NCBI GenBank assembly: GCA_000182565.2 | Contig: KQ257461.1 | Strand: one strand, 5' to 3' | DNA length: 64,000 nucleotides | Origin: Spizellomyces punctatus DAOM BR117 | Taxonomy: Eukaryota | The notes under the pieces: generated by a model | What the model saw: the letters and a program-made list of their open reading frames with translations, nothing else | Databases searched by the model: none | Told to the model about the DNA's origin: nothing | Made by a program: the position numbers and the translations under genes | In this document: in pieces, positions 63,816 to 64,000 of the stretch | Position numbering within the stretch: the stretch's first letter is position 1 | Layout: every line of letters starts with the position of its first letter

Positions 63816-64000
63816 GGCGTGGTGGTGGGTATTCTTCCAACTTTTTCGATTGAGGTGACGGCTCGGAAACCCGCGCGGGTCAATTTGGTATTAATCACGT
63901 GAAGGTTCGGGCTAGAATGTCGTTATGGTGTGAGCGCCTTCCCCACATACCTTCGTCCACTTCCCTACTGTTGCCATGCACGTCTTCGTGCACGACGCCA

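Noticed and set aside
1-64000. CRISPR arrays or prokaryotic operon/defence systems
   Set aside because: The sequence is eukaryotic with spliceosomal introns, and no regular repeat-spacer array was seen.

Overview
Eukaryotic, intron-rich fungal DNA with short GT-AG introns, a Zn2Cys6 factor and TAO3/MOR2. An early-diverging (chytrid-like) fungus is my inference, not a demonstrated assignment. The left ~9 kb is an accessory or decayed zone: a duplicated intergenic block, a TIR element inserted in one copy, tRNA-Gly(GCC) with decayed sister copies, two relics of the same 28S rRNA segment and a captured gene 3' end. The core (9.9-50.4 kb) holds a CNT nucleoside transporter, a Gfo/Idh/MocA oxidoreductase, a TDA3-like FAD oxidoreductase, an aquaporin, a Zn2Cys6 factor, a Fe/Mn SOD, PRP22, a bHLH-zip factor, RPL42 and TAO3. 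The right end is accessory again: a probable GPI-anchored Pro/Gly-rich protein, decayed ORFs, a perfect 145-bp inverted repeat, a 2OG-Fe(II) oxygenase and two genes sharing only an F-box-like N-terminus. The most striking observation is that the spliced Mn-type SOD carries an N-terminal signal peptide and ends in RDEL, making it a candidate ER-lumenal Fe/Mn SOD. All gene models were spliced by eye and no database searches were run.
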